DNA of 64,000 bases from Spirochaetota bacterium (GTDB lineage Bacteria; Spirochaetota; UBA4802; UBA5550), in NCBI GenBank assembly GCA_963664815.2, contig CAXXHB010000003.1, positions 2,336,001 to 2,400,000 on the forward strand. Direction: 5' to 3'. Shown piece after piece: positions 39,548-50,820 of the stretch. A program made the position numbers and the translations under genes. Numbering within the stretch: position 1 is the stretch's first letter; each line of letters opens with the position of its first letter. The notes beneath the pieces are model-generated. The model was not told the origin of the DNA. It did no database searches and was given only the letters and a program-made list of their open reading frames with translations.

Positions 39548-39750
39548 TCCCGGTACTGATATCATATCCGGTTAAAAACCCGTATTCATTATCCTGATTA
39601 ATAGAGAGTTCAGTTTTCATTATAATTTTTTTGTGAAGATATTCGACCCAGATTCATGTTCTTTTTAAATGGGTCTTTACGGGGATTACATAAAATAAAA
39701 TAAGCCCGAAGACGGTTGTATATCCATCCTCAGGCTTAAAATTGAAAATA

Positions 39751-39984
39751 TTATTTTCCTTCAGCAGGTTTGTCGCAATTTGCTTTACAGTCTTTTTTTG
39801 CGGTTGCACAGGCTGCTTTTGCAGCTTTATCTTTTTTAGCATCCTTCATACACTGTTTGTAAGATGTTTCACAGGTTTTTTTACATTCAGCATTTGGGCC
39901 AGCTTCTTTTTTTGCCCCTGCAAAAGACATTGTTGTTGCAAAAACAAGAATTACCAGTGCACTTACTACTTTTTTCATAAGCAT
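39751..39984 (-). CDS. Small secreted Cys-rich helical-hairpin protein
   Basis: Signal peptide ending SFA; CxxxCxxxxxxC...CxxxxxxCxxxC; AAGGAG RBS. Confidence 0.7.
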   Translation of the reverse strand: MLMKKVVSALVILVFATTMSFAGAKKEAGPNAECKKTCETSYKQCMKDAKKDKAAKAACATAKKDCKANCDKPAEGK

Positions 39985-40096
39985 ATTCTCCTTGGTTTAA
40001 TTTACCATATTATAAAATCATCCAGATAAAAAATCAATGATATTTTTAAAATCGCTGCAAATGATTTCATTTATCGTATGATCAGCCCCTCCGTTA

Positions 40097-42010
40097 TTAT
40101 TCTTCATACATTTTTTCGATAAGATCTTTAAACTTTTCCTGAACAACCTTTCTTTTAATCTTCATTGTAGGTGTCATTTCACCGCTCTCCTGTGAAAATT
40201 CTTTCGAAAGAAGAGTGAATCTTTTTATCTGTTCCACCTGGCCAAGATCCTTCTGCCTTTTGTCTATAATCTCCTGATACAGCGCAGTTACCTCAGGCTG
40301 TCTGATCAGATCTTCCCTTGAAGAGAACCGGATTGAATTTTTTCCGGCCCATGCTTCGAGATTTTCAAACGATGGAACTATGAGAGCCGTAATATATCTT
40401 CTTTTATCTCCGATTACAGCTATGTATTCAATAAAAAGGTCCTCAGCCATTATAATCTCAATCATCTGCGGTGCAACATTCTTGCCCCCGGAAGTAATAA
40501 TCAGGTCTTTAAGCCTGTCCGTGAGTATAAGGTAACCGTCCTCATCAAACCTGCCTATGTCTCCTGTTTTGAACCATCCATCAGCCGTGAATGCCTCTTT
40601 TGTCTTTGCCGGCTGTTTGTAATACTCTTTGAAGATATTCGGACCTTTTGCCTGTATCTCACCGGTTTCATGATCAATTCTTATATCGACAAGCGGAGCG
40701 GCAGGCCCCACTGTCCCAGGTTTAAAGCAGTGAGGTCCACCCATGGCCAGGACAGGTGACGTTTCGGTTAAACCGTAACCCGATTTACACATCATTCCGC
40801 AATAAAAAAGAAATTTTTCAATTTCAGGATTCATCGGTGCTCCGCCATAGTTGAGCCAGTTCAGGTTTTTACCAAATACTCCCCGTATTTTATCCAGTAC
40901 AAGCTTACCTGCTATTTTTCGTTTAAATGTAAGTACAGCTCCGGGCTGTTTCCCGGCCAGTACCATTTCTCCATGCCTTCTGCCCATTTCCATGGACCAA
41001 TGGAAAATTTTCTGTTTCAAAGGGGGCGCATCATTTATCCCTGAATAAACCGCAGAGTATATTTTTTCTGAAATCCGTGGAACGCTGTTCATGGATGTCG
41101 CATTTGCTTCGTTCATATACATGACGACTTCGTTGTGGTCTTCACAGAACCACACCTGGTTTCCCATGGATATTACACCGAAATCCCATGATCTTTCAAG
41201 AACATGGCTCAATGGAAGAATCGCCAGTGTTGAATCCGTATCAGGGAACCCTTTTCCATCTTCAGATTCAACAAGACGTCCGACAGACCATGAATTATGC
41301 ATAAGCGTCTTATGAGTATGAACAACACCCTTCGGGTCGCCGGTTGTACCTGAAGTATAAATTACAGTGCAGGTGTCGTCGTAACTGGCCCTTTTCATTA
41401 TCTCTTCAATTTCATTCCTGCGGTTTTCCTTCCGGCCTTCAGCAAGATAATCATCCCACATGACAACCCGCCTGTCGTCATGTATCTTTGTGCCGCGGTG
41501 GAATACCACAATTTTTTCAAGTGACGGACATTTATCAAGCAGCATATACGACCTGTCATACTGTATCTGTCTTCCGACAAACAATACACGTATTTCAGCG
41601 TCGTTGATTATATACTCAGCCTCCTTTTCTGCATTTGTAGCGTATATCGGCACTGGTATGCACCTGATAAGTTGCCCTCCCAGGTCCGCAAGCGTCCATT
41701 CAGCCCTGTTCGGCGAGAAGATACCTGTCCTGTCACCCTCTTTGAGCCCGTCTTTTAAAAGTGCGCCGGCTGTAGCAAACATTATCTCCGAAATCTGGTT
41801 CCATGTGAATGTCTCCCATTGCCCGTATGGTTTGTGATGAAATTCAACCCTGTCGCCATATTTTTCAGCAAGGTTGACTACCATTACAGCCGTCTGTTTC
41901 CATTCATCAAGGTACTTCTGAAATTCCTTCTCAAGATCAGCCTTTTCTTTTTTGTATTTTTCCGTGTAATTGATCCTTGGCGGAATAGCCTTAAGTGTGT
42001 TGTAAGTCAT
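40097..42010 (-). CDS. Long-chain fatty acid--CoA ligase (AMP-dependent synthetase)
   Basis: YTSGTTGDPKG, GYGLTETSP, GWFKTGDIG and DRLKDLIITSGGKNVAP motifs. Confidence 0.93.
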   Translation of the reverse strand: MTYNTLKAIPPRINYTEKYKKEKADLEKEFQKYLDEWKQTAVMVVNLAEKYGDRVEFHHKPYGQWETFTWNQISEIMFATAGALLKDGLKEGDRTGIFSPNRAEWTLADLGGQLIRCIPVPIYATNAEKEAEYIINDAEIRVLFVGRQIQYDRSYMLLDKCPSLEKIVVFHRGTKIHDDRRVVMWDDYLAEGRKENRRNEIEEIMKRASYDDTCTVIYTSGTTGDPKGVVHTHKTLMHNSWSVGRLVESEDGKGFPDTDSTLAILPLSHVLERSWDFGVISMGNQVWFCEDHNEVVMYMNEANATSMNSVPRISEKIYSAVYSGINDAPPLKQKIFHWSMEMGRRHGEMVLAGKQPGAVLTFKRKIAGKLVLDKIRGVFGKNLNWLNYGGAPMNPEIEKFLFYCGMMCKSGYGLTETSPVLAMGGPHCFKPGTVGPAAPLVDIRIDHETGEIQAKGPNIFKEYYKQPAKTKEAFTADGWFKTGDIGRFDEDGYLILTDRLKDLIITSGGKNVAPQMIEIIMAEDLFIEYIAVIGDKRRYITALIVPSFENLEAWAGKNSIRFSSREDLIRQPEVTALYQEIIDKRQKDLGQVEQIKRFTLLSKEFSQESGEMTPTMKIKRKVVQEKFKDLIEKMYEE

Positions 42011-42607
42011 GAGCCTCCTCCCTCTTCAAATATTTTTTATATGTGTTAAAGTACTGAAACAAAAAATTAAATTTCCCTGTCTCAGGGTTTAATTTTCATT
42101 AAACAACATCATTAAAACTGCTTTTATGGAACTGGATGCAACGAAAATATTTTTATTAAAATGCTGTCATAAAGTGATAATGTATAATCATGGGGAATAG
42201 ATTTACTGCTCGATTATGATTAATTATTTTTTATAAGACAGCGGAGCTGAATTGAACATCTCTTCCATTTTTATTACTCACCGGCATGCGATAATATCTT
42301 TTCATACTTCCGTAAAAATGTCATTAACCTGAGTTAATATGCAGTTAAATAAATTCAGTTTTTTAATCCAGGGAATTTATGCGTAATTGAATTCATCAGG
42401 TATCATAAACAATCCCTGATTCATGTAACATCCTGTAATCTTACCAGCACTAAAGATTAAAACCGTCAGCAAGTCGGATCAAATCATTTGCGCTTTACGG
42501 AAACATCATTCGGTGTTTTCAGGCGAAGAAAATCATAACCCTGTGTCCGGGAATAGTTACTACCTTTTTGCATCAACCACATATAACGGTATTAGTATTT
42601 TTCCGCT

Positions 42608-43357
42608 TTACGGCTGCCAATTTTCAAAATTGTGATGAATACTGTAATGAATTTTTTGCAGTCTGCCCTCTTTTTTCAACTTTAACAATGCATCTGACAA
42701 TAATTTATTAATCCTGTCTCCACGGGGGCTTTTTTGAATTATTATAACATCCTCAAAATACATCCAGTAATCCCTCCGGATGTTTTTCAGTTTTAATTTT
42801 TTTAAGGTATAATCAACCTCCTCCTGTGCCCAGACCAGAGCATCGATTCTGCCAGCAGATACTTTTTTCAGGGATTGTTCAATATCGTTTATTGAATTTC
42901 CGTTAAAAGGAAATTGATCTTCAATCCCTCTGGCAATTTCGATAATATATGGGAATCTTCCCTTTTTTGCTATTGCATTATCGAGCATTTTTTTTGTAAC
43001 TGGTCTGTTTTTACTGGAGTAGATAACAAAACAGACTCTTCCCATCGGGACCTTCACAGTGTTATATGGAAGTTTAGTCTGATCAATATCAGAATTCCTT
43101 ATTGAAGGAATATGAAAATCTGATACGCCGTCTATTACATTCTGAACTGATCTTTTAAATGGATAAACCCTTATATGAATTTTACCATCAGTATATACAT
43201 CGTCAATTGCTTTTACAAGTTTAACAAATGTGCCTTGATTATTTGAATCAGTCAATAACGGCAGCTCGGCAAGACCGGCTTCAAGGTCTTTTGATTTCTC
43301 AAGTGAAAAAAAAGATGTAAATGTAATCATCATAAAAAATAAAATAAAATATCGCAT
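42608..43357 (-). CDS. Solute-binding protein family 3-like periplasmic protein
   Basis: Signal peptide; YPFKRS, KKVSAGRIDA and ALLKLKKEGRLQKI patterns. Confidence 0.75.
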   Translation of the reverse strand: MRYFILFFMMITFTSFFSLEKSKDLEAGLAELPLLTDSNNQGTFVKLVKAIDDVYTDGKIHIRVYPFKRSVQNVIDGVSDFHIPSIRNSDIDQTKLPYNTVKVPMGRVCFVIYSSKNRPVTKKMLDNAIAKKGRFPYIIEIARGIEDQFPFNGNSINDIEQSLKKVSAGRIDALVWAQEEVDYTLKKLKLKNIRRDYWMYFEDVIIIQKSPRGDRINKLLSDALLKLKKEGRLQKIHYSIHHNFENWQP

Positions 43358-44134
43358 ATTGCCATTCCGGGTTTTACTTAAGCTTTGGTCTTTTTGAAAA
43401 CGAAAAAATATTTTTTCAGTTTTTTATTACAATTCAATGTATTTATCCGTTTTAATCTCTGAACATTCTAAAATAAAAAACTATACCCCCATCGACGAAG
43501 ACTGCGGGAGATATAATCGTTTATTTTACACACAAATATACTTTAATAATTTTACATTTATGTATTATATAGAATTTCATTTAAAAATAATATATAATAT
43601 AAAGAAGTACAGGCTGGATGTTATAAATATTTTTAAAAAAAGCCATATATGTAAATATATATGCTGATTTTTCTAATAAAATTAATTACCTGATACAGAT
43701 AAAACATGTGTTTGTCAATACGTGATGCATCAATACTCTTTCCGGTTGATGTTTATTTATTTCAGGAAAGAATCTGACCTGTTTGTCTGTGCATCTCCTG
43801 CTCATTCAGTATTTACTCGGAATATCTTCAATTTTAAAATAAAATCTGGATGTTTATCACATTAACGTTTTTTTATTTTGACATAATAAATAACCATGTA
43901 TAATATAAATCATATTAACATTGTAAAATATAAAACCTTTGTATAATAGAATCCCGAAGGAAACCTGAATGCCTGAAAAAGCTGATACTATATGTAGTAT
44001 AAAATTTTTCATTGACGCAGGATGGCAGAATTCCATTTACCAGGAAGACTTTAAATACTATCACATCTCCGGCGTGCATGTATTTGGCGGGCTGAGTTTC
44101 CCGCTGTCAGGCATCAGTACAATCAGGAAGGATT

Positions 44135-45232
44135 ATGTATAAGATAAGAATAATAACATGTTTAATTACAGCTTTTTTTTCCTCATCATGCAATGATATA
44201 CTTAATGTTGCAGAGGAGAAACTGCTTTCTGACGGCCTTATACTCTCTGGAGTTGTTACTACACTTGCCGGTACCGGCACAGCCCTGAGCAGTGATGGTA
44301 CCGGGACAGGTGCAGGTTTTAACCAGCCAAACGGGATAACATCAGACGGCACATATCTGTATTTAACAGATACCGGCGGAGCAAAAATCAGGAAGATAGA
44401 AATATCAACCGGTGTTGTCACCACCATTGCAGGCTCAGGAACCCAGGTATCCGCTGATGGAACCGGGCTCTCTGCCAGTTTCAACAGCCCCAATGGAATA
44501 ACTACGGATAAAGTGAACCTTTATGTTGCAGATGTTACCGGAAACTGCATCCGTAAAATAGTAATAGCAACAGGCGTAGTCACCACTATAGCCGGTTCAG
44601 GTACAGGCTCACATGTGGATGCAAACGGCACCTCTGCAACATTCCTGCAGCCACAGGGGATAACAACAGATGGTACAAATCTGTACGTGGCGGAAGCCGG
44701 CAATAACTGCATACGAAAAATAGTCATTTCTACCGGCGAGGTTACAACCTTTGCCGGAACTACCGGCACTACTTCCGGAAACAGTAACGGAACAGGCACC
44801 GCAGCATTGTTCTACCAGCCATGTGGAATGGTTACTGACGGGACATACCTCTACGTGGCTGACATGGGCAACAACTGCATACGAAAAATACTCTTAGCTA
44901 CTGCGGAGGTCTCCACACTTGCAGGTTCAACTGCCAACCCCGGTGATTCCGGATACATTGATGCAACGGGAACTGTTGCAAGATTTAATGGCACGTACGG
45001 AATAACAACTGACAGGGTAAACTTATATGTGACCGATACAAATGGATACAGGGTCAGGAAAGTGGTAATTGCGACCGGACAGGTGACCACCGTTGCAGGT
45101 TCAGGTATTGCGGCAAGCACTGACGGCACAGGCACTTCTGCCAGCTTTAAAAACCCGGCCGGGATAACCACAGACGGGTATTTTCTTTTTGTCCCGGAAT
45201 ATTTAGGCTACAAAATCAGGATGATACAGTAA
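44135..45232 (+). CDS. NHL-repeat beta-propeller lipoprotein
   Basis: Lipobox SSSC; six repeats of VTT.AG.G....DGTG..A.F..P.GITTDG..LYV.D.G...IRKI. Confidence 0.88.
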   Translation: MYKIRIITCLITAFFSSSCNDILNVAEEKLLSDGLILSGVVTTLAGTGTALSSDGTGTGAGFNQPNGITSDGTYLYLTDTGGAKIRKIEISTGVVTTIAGSGTQVSADGTGLSASFNSPNGITTDKVNLYVADVTGNCIRKIVIATGVVTTIAGSGTGSHVDANGTSATFLQPQGITTDGTNLYVAEAGNNCIRKIVISTGEVTTFAGTTGTTSGNSNGTGTAALFYQPCGMVTDGTYLYVADMGNNCIRKILLATAEVSTLAGSTANPGDSGYIDATGTVARFNGTYGITTDRVNLYVTDTNGYRVRKVVIATGQVTTVAGSGIAASTDGTGTSASFKNPAGITTDGYFLFVPEYLGYKIRMIQ

Positions 45233-45612
45233 AGCCGGTTTTTCCGCAGTATAAAGACTCTGCTGAAAACCGCTTCAATATCGTTTCAATACCGTTTAAG
45301 ACAGAGAAAAATGCACGTTTTTAACTGTCGGTAAGGTGTTTGAGGCGTAATTTAAGCGAAACTGACTTTTCTGTAAAAAGAGTCAGGCTTTTATCATAAA
45401 TCAGCTGTGGTACAGATCATAAACCTGTTGATGCACAACGTTGAATTCGTTAGTGCACAATACCTCTATCTGCAGGAAATTCCGATAATCCTTAAATACT
45501 GTAATCGTGTTCAGAGTATCATATCATAAAAAACAACATACTTGACAGCAATAGTTAACCGGAATAATCCGGTTTTATCTGTATTAAATTCTGGCAAACT
45601 GGAAATATTGAA

Positions 45613-46500
45613 ATGATTCAAAAGATAAATAAAAGTATATCCATATTTTTTACGGAAGAGGGATTTGGTAAATCCAATGCTGTTCTTATTGATGATGACA
45701 TAAGGATAATGATCGACAGCGGCCCGGGAAAAATTATTGAAGAGGCCAGGCCCGGCAATATAGATATACTTCTCAACTCTCACTGCCATATTGATCATGT
45801 ATGGAACAACAGTTTTTTTGTTAATGCCCGCATTATGACCCACCCGCTGGAGCGTGAAAACTTCAAAAGCCATAAAAAAATCGGCTCACTTGAAAACTGG
45901 GAAAAATATATGAGTGATGATCTTGAAGATAATCTTCACTTAATAGATACTATGGGTGACTCATTTACCAGAGAATGGCGCATCGATGATACAATTGATG
46001 ATGGGGACATACTTGATACAGGCAGAACAAAAATTAAAATAATTCATACACCGGGTCATACTTCAGGTCACCTCTCTTTTCTTTTCCCGGAAGAAAGCCT
46101 TCTCTTTTGTGGAGACATCTGCCTCACTAAAGTCGGGCCATGGTATGGCGATTCCGTTACTCCTGTTGATGATCTGATCACCTCAATTAACCGGATTATC
46201 GAGATGAATCCGGAAAGGGTTGTTTCCGGTCATAACAAAGAGGTTTTAACTTCAGGAATCAGCGGGACTTTTATTGATTACAGAAACAGGATATTCATGC
46301 GCGACGACAGAGTACTTAATTCGCTTAAAAAAAACCCGGGATCACTTGATGATCTTGCATCCAGAAAACTTATATATCCGGACCACCCGACAATATTTGT
46401 AGTATACTGGGAAAAAGCAATGATAATTAAGCATCTTGAAAGACTTATGAAAAACGGAGTTGTATCTGTTGATGATTCCGGCATATATTACCACAATTGA
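45613..46500 (+). CDS. MBL-fold metallo-hydrolase (glyoxalase II-like)
   Basis: SHCHIDH, TPGHTSGH, CGD and SGH motifs. Confidence 0.88.
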   Translation: MIQKINKSISIFFTEEGFGKSNAVLIDDDIRIMIDSGPGKIIEEARPGNIDILLNSHCHIDHVWNNSFFVNARIMTHPLERENFKSHKKIGSLENWEKYMSDDLEDNLHLIDTMGDSFTREWRIDDTIDDGDILDTGRTKIKIIHTPGHTSGHLSFLFPEESLLFCGDICLTKVGPWYGDSVTPVDDLITSINRIIEMNPERVVSGHNKEVLTSGISGTFIDYRNRIFMRDDRVLNSLKKNPGSLDDLASRKLIYPDHPTIFVVYWEKAMIIKHLERLMKNGVVSVDDSGIYYHN

Positions 46501-46540
46501 TTAATTAAACAGGTTTTCTCACTTGATATAGATATTTTTT

Positions 46541-47185
46541 TTGAGGAAAACTTTTATGGATGATAAATTCAAAACTATGCTTCAAAATATGCTTCCGGAT
46601 GTTCCAGTAAATGACTTCATAGAAATGGCAATTAAAACCTTTGAAATATCCTTCGTGTATGATCTCCGGACGATAAGCTATGTATTCGCCTATGTTGATG
46701 AGGATTTATGGAGTTTTAACGCACAAGACATACTCAGTTATGTACTTGGGGAAAGGCTATGTACAATGCACAGGGAAAAGATGAAGAAGCTCCTCACCGA
46801 GGGAATTGTAAAAGCCAACACTGAAAAGCAGAATGTGAAGCTGCCTGCCGCACATGTTTCACACAGAGACGGCAAAGACAATATAATACCCTCTGTTGTT
46901 AAACTCACAATCTACTACAATCATAAAGAAGGCTGCGCTACACATCTCTTCGGAACTGCCGAGACATCATACTCATACAAGTATTATGAATCATTGGTAA
47001 ACAAACTCTCACAGCGCGAGAAAGAATGCCTCGAATGTATACTTGCCAACAGGAGCCCCAAAGAGATAATCCGCATCATGGGCGTTGAAGAAAGCACGGT
47101 GAGCACATTTAAAAAACGCATTGCACAGAAGATAGGTATGCCTATTAAAGAAATAATCAAGCTGTATAAAAGCTTGGATTTGTGA
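46541..47185 (+). CDS. LuxR-type C-terminal HTH transcriptional regulator
   Basis: KLSQREKECLECILANRSPKEIIRIMGVEESTVSTFKKRIAQKIG. Confidence 0.78.
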   Translation: MRKTFMDDKFKTMLQNMLPDVPVNDFIEMAIKTFEISFVYDLRTISYVFAYVDEDLWSFNAQDILSYVLGERLCTMHREKMKKLLTEGIVKANTEKQNVKLPAAHVSHRDGKDNIIPSVVKLTIYYNHKEGCATHLFGTAETSYSYKYYESLVNKLSQREKECLECILANRSPKEIIRIMGVEESTVSTFKKRIAQKIGMPIKEIIKLYKSLDL

Positions 47186-47407
47186 ACTGCTACAACCTTG
47201 TAGGATAATTTACCCGGTGTTACAGATATGTACACTGCTGGTACAACTTCGATTTTTTTATCAAACACTCACTATTATTTTATCTATCTATAGAAGAGAA
47301 TTTTCCGTTTCAACTCTTTTTATATTTACATCATCTATCGGATGTTCATCTGTTCTACATGCTGAATAATAAATACTATTTAAACTGAACAAGGAGTTAG
47401 ATGAAAC

Positions 47408-48772
47408 ATGAAAAGCTATCTGGATGATTACAAAAGCAAACTCGTTACTGCCGAAAAAGCAGCCCGGTTTGTCAAAAACGGGGACAGAGTGGAATATGCC
47501 GGTTTCTGCGCGAAACCTGTGGATTTCGATATTGCACTTGCAAAAAGAGTTAATGATGAAAATTTTAAGGTAACTGTCCGCGGAACAGCTACCGTTCCAC
47601 CCATACCTGAAGTAATTAAAGCCGACCCCAATCAGAATACATTTCAATACACCAGCTGGTATTACACTGCGCTTGACAGAATACTGGGTGACCGGGGGCT
47701 CTGCACATACAATCCGACAAATTACCATGAAGCAAGTGAAATGTTCTACAGCGAAGATTATAAAAGGTTCTGGTGTGACGTATGGATTTCGCAGGTTGCT
47801 CCGATGGACGAAAGTGGTTATTTCAACTTCGGACTTGCCAATTCATACACCCGTGCTCTTGCAATGGGCGCAAGATGCAGAATTGTGGAAATAAACAACA
47901 ATTTCCCAAGATGCCTGGGGGGTTGTGAAGAGGGGGTGCATATAAGCGAAATTGATTATGTTATTGAAGGGTCTAACAGCCCTGTTTTCACTATTCCGGC
48001 CTCAACAGAATATACGCCAGCGGATAAAAAAATAGCCGAACTGATAGTTGAAGATATCCGCAATGGCGACTGCATCCAGCTTGGTATCGGCTCCCTCCCC
48101 GGAGCTATCGGAGAACTGATTGCAGAATCGGAATTAAAGGACCTTGGGATACAATCCGAACTCTTCTGCGACTCCTACACAAAGATGTACGAACTGGGGA
48201 AAATAACCAATGATAAAAAGCGGGTTGACCGCTTCAAGTCTGTTTACACTTTCTCATTTGCCACAAAGGATACTCTGGATTTTATGCATGAAAATCCAAG
48301 TCTCGCATCATGTTCATCCGGTTACACAAATGATCCGTCAAGAATACGGATGAATGACAATGTTATTTCAGTAAACAATATACTTGAAGTCGATTTATTC
48401 AGCCAGGTCTGTTCCGAGACAAAAGGGGTGAGGCAGATTTCAGGAACCGGAGGCCAGCTGGACTGGGTTCTCGGAGCGCAGAAATCAAAGGGGGGCAAAA
48501 GCTTCCTGGCATTCAACTCAACCTACAAGGATAAAAACGGCAAAATGCATTCAAGGATAAAACCTATGCTGTCGCCGGGAGGCGTAGTTACCGTGCCGCG
48601 TACTATGGTACAATGGCTTGTTACTGAATACGGAAAGGTAAATGTGAAAGCGTGTTCTATATGGGAAAGGAGTGAAGCTCTCATCAGCCTTGCTCATCCC
48701 GATTTCAGAGATGAGCTTATCAAAAATGCTGAAGAGATGAAGATATGGCGACCCACAAATAAAATTGCATAA
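47408..48772 (+). CDS. Acetyl-CoA hydrolase/transferase family CoA-transferase (butyryl-/4-hydroxybutyryl-CoA type)
   Basis: IQLGIGSLP, DLGIQSE, ISGTGGQLD, VTEYG and AHPDFR motifs. Confidence 0.92.
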   Translation: MKSYLDDYKSKLVTAEKAARFVKNGDRVEYAGFCAKPVDFDIALAKRVNDENFKVTVRGTATVPPIPEVIKADPNQNTFQYTSWYYTALDRILGDRGLCTYNPTNYHEASEMFYSEDYKRFWCDVWISQVAPMDESGYFNFGLANSYTRALAMGARCRIVEINNNFPRCLGGCEEGVHISEIDYVIEGSNSPVFTIPASTEYTPADKKIAELIVEDIRNGDCIQLGIGSLPGAIGELIAESELKDLGIQSELFCDSYTKMYELGKITNDKKRVDRFKSVYTFSFATKDTLDFMHENPSLASCSSGYTNDPSRIRMNDNVISVNNILEVDLFSQVCSETKGVRQISGTGGQLDWVLGAQKSKGGKSFLAFNSTYKDKNGKMHSRIKPMLSPGGVVTVPRTMVQWLVTEYGKVNVKACSIWERSEALISLAHPDFRDELIKNAEEMKIWRPTNKIA

Positions 48773-48822
48773 AACAGATTTAATATTAAAATACTATGGT
48801 ATTTTATTAAGTGCCTGATTTT

Positions 48823-48858
48823 AAAACAGAAAGTGAACCACCGCTTTCTGTTTTTTTT
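48823..48858. terminator. Bidirectional terminator
   Basis: AAAACAGAAAG...CTTTCTGTTTTTTTT between convergent genes. Confidence 0.7.
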
Positions 48859-48883
48859 ATAGATGTGTTCCCCGGATATCCGG

Positions 48884-50815
48884 TCAGAAGTAGAAATTAA
48901 CCTTTGCCGAATATTCATGCCATGTGAAGTTATAATCTCTGTTAAAGGAGTAGTCCGCCATTATCGAAACTGTATCAGTGATGCTGAATCTTTCACATGC
49001 TCCGGCTGAAGACCTTGTGTGATTGTTCCAGAATGGCGCATAATAAACCCTGCCGTAGATATGATTCTTCCAGAGACCAAGTATTGTTATTAATCCCGTT
49101 TCTGCAGTTACAGAAAGATCAGTATTGTATTCATATTCCGGGGAGAAATTCGATTTAACCCCTCCGAACAGATATACCTGTGCAAGGTCAGAAAAAACAG
49201 TTGTGCTGAGACCTGATGCACCTTTAATCTGATATGTAAGTGTTTCTCTCTTTTCCTTAATCACATCCTGATTGAATCCGGTGTTGAACTGGTAGCCCTG
49301 ACAGATATAAAAAGAATTGGATCTGGGTATCGACAGTATGTCTATTATGTCAAATCTTTGAAGTAAAAACTTTTTATCGTCATAATAATAACGTGCTGCT
49401 ATCTTCCCGAAAATTACCTGTGAGTTAAGATTATATCCCTCGTCCCTGTCCATAAGCTCATGTGCTGTATGCCTGTAGCTCAGTTGAGAGTACCAGCCGT
49501 TTAAACCATATCCCGATTCCGGGGCCAGGTCTTTTGATAAATGGGAATTTTCCGGGGAAACAGGTTCCGGCATATCTTTAAATGGATCATATTTCCCCAG
49601 CAAATTTCTCTGGGTCAGGACTGCCATGTATCTCGCTTTATAATCGTTTATCTCTATCTTTTTTTTTACTGCAAGGAATTTAAGGTAATCAGTGGAAAGT
49701 TCACATATAAGAATTTTTTTTTCTTCGCCAGACTGAAGTGACCCGATCTCAGTAAAGCTTTTTTTCCCGCTGCAGAGATCCAGAACAAAACTCTGTTCAT
49801 CTTCAGTCAGGAGCGATTTCATATACATGATGCGTGAATACAGGGACGGCCTGTAAATTCTCTTCACGACAAGACCTCTCTTTTTAACAAGTCTGACAAT
49901 ATCGACAGGTTCAACTCCTGCTGAAAAAGAACCTGTAAGATTTGATCCCGGTTCGGCAGCTTCGATCAGATAAAGAAGGTTGAATGAACAGTTTTCATCA
50001 ATGAAATAGTAGTCTGAATATATATCCTCCATCTCAACGACATAGCGCAGCAGTTTTCTTTTCCCTTCCGGTGACATGGATAGCTCATATTCCCAGATAT
50101 CACGCATTTCACTGTCGCTGTATTCCTGAATTTTTTTATAATATGGAAGAAAGGAGTAATATCCCCTGTACAGACCGAAAAGTCCCCTGAATGCAAATAC
50201 AGGTCCGAATGAATCATCTGTCTGCGCAGCGTAATTTATCGAATGTGACACAATACGGCTTTCACCCTCGGTATCAACCAGGATGAGGGTATGCCCGAAC
50301 ATCGATGCAGGGCTGCTCATATAACCTGTGGGGAAAACCAGTGAAACCGTAGATGGGTTTATCGTGTTATAGAAGGCATTAAACGCTGTATCACCATCAT
50401 AGGGGAGCCTTGTGTGATCAATATTCAGTTTTTCACTGAGCCAGTTAAATCTTAAAGCGTATTTGGCTGTAGGGTGTATTTTCCCTTTTTCATAATCTGT
50501 AAAAAAAGCCCGCAGTGTCGATTCAAGTTCAGCTTTGGGGTCCCTTCTACCTTTTTCAGAAAAAAAATACCCAGGATCAGTAACGCGGCTCTTATACCCG
50601 GTTAAAACCTTTTTATAATGCATAACCATATGCCAGTAGGGGTCGTCATAAAGTTTAAGATCATCCCCTTTTTTTATCAGCTCCTCGAGATATATTTTAT
50701 CAACCGATAAAGCAGTTTCGGTTTCCGCACCATAGATAAATACGGGGAAGATAATTAACATAAAAAGTACGGCCCCAAGGCCGTACCTTTGAATTTTAAA
50801 GAATAGATTAAGCAA
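48884..50815 (-). CDS. DUF4105 (Lnb N-terminal-like) domain protein with C-terminal beta-barrel
   Basis: PASMFGHT, EMRDIWEYEL and YYFIDENCS motifs; C-terminal ...KVNFYF. Confidence 0.8.
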   Translation of the reverse strand: MLNLFFKIQRYGLGAVLFMLIIFPVFIYGAETETALSVDKIYLEELIKKGDDLKLYDDPYWHMVMHYKKVLTGYKSRVTDPGYFFSEKGRRDPKAELESTLRAFFTDYEKGKIHPTAKYALRFNWLSEKLNIDHTRLPYDGDTAFNAFYNTINPSTVSLVFPTGYMSSPASMFGHTLILVDTEGESRIVSHSINYAAQTDDSFGPVFAFRGLFGLYRGYYSFLPYYKKIQEYSDSEMRDIWEYELSMSPEGKRKLLRYVVEMEDIYSDYYFIDENCSFNLLYLIEAAEPGSNLTGSFSAGVEPVDIVRLVKKRGLVVKRIYRPSLYSRIMYMKSLLTEDEQSFVLDLCSGKKSFTEIGSLQSGEEKKILICELSTDYLKFLAVKKKIEINDYKARYMAVLTQRNLLGKYDPFKDMPEPVSPENSHLSKDLAPESGYGLNGWYSQLSYRHTAHELMDRDEGYNLNSQVIFGKIAARYYYDDKKFLLQRFDIIDILSIPRSNSFYICQGYQFNTGFNQDVIKEKRETLTYQIKGASGLSTTVFSDLAQVYLFGGVKSNFSPEYEYNTDLSVTAETGLITILGLWKNHIYGRVYYAPFWNNHTRSSAGACERFSITDTVSIMADYSFNRDYNFTWHEYSAKVNFYF

Positions 50816-50820
50816 AGCTC

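Noticed and set aside
43437-43667. 76-aa ORF in an AT-rich gap
   Set aside because: Composition (I/K/N/Y/F-rich) is typical of spurious AT-rich ORFs.
45613-46500. Second MBL-fold gene as a beta-lactamase
   Set aside because: HxHxDH motif, no signal peptide and no B1 cysteine; generic hydrolase.
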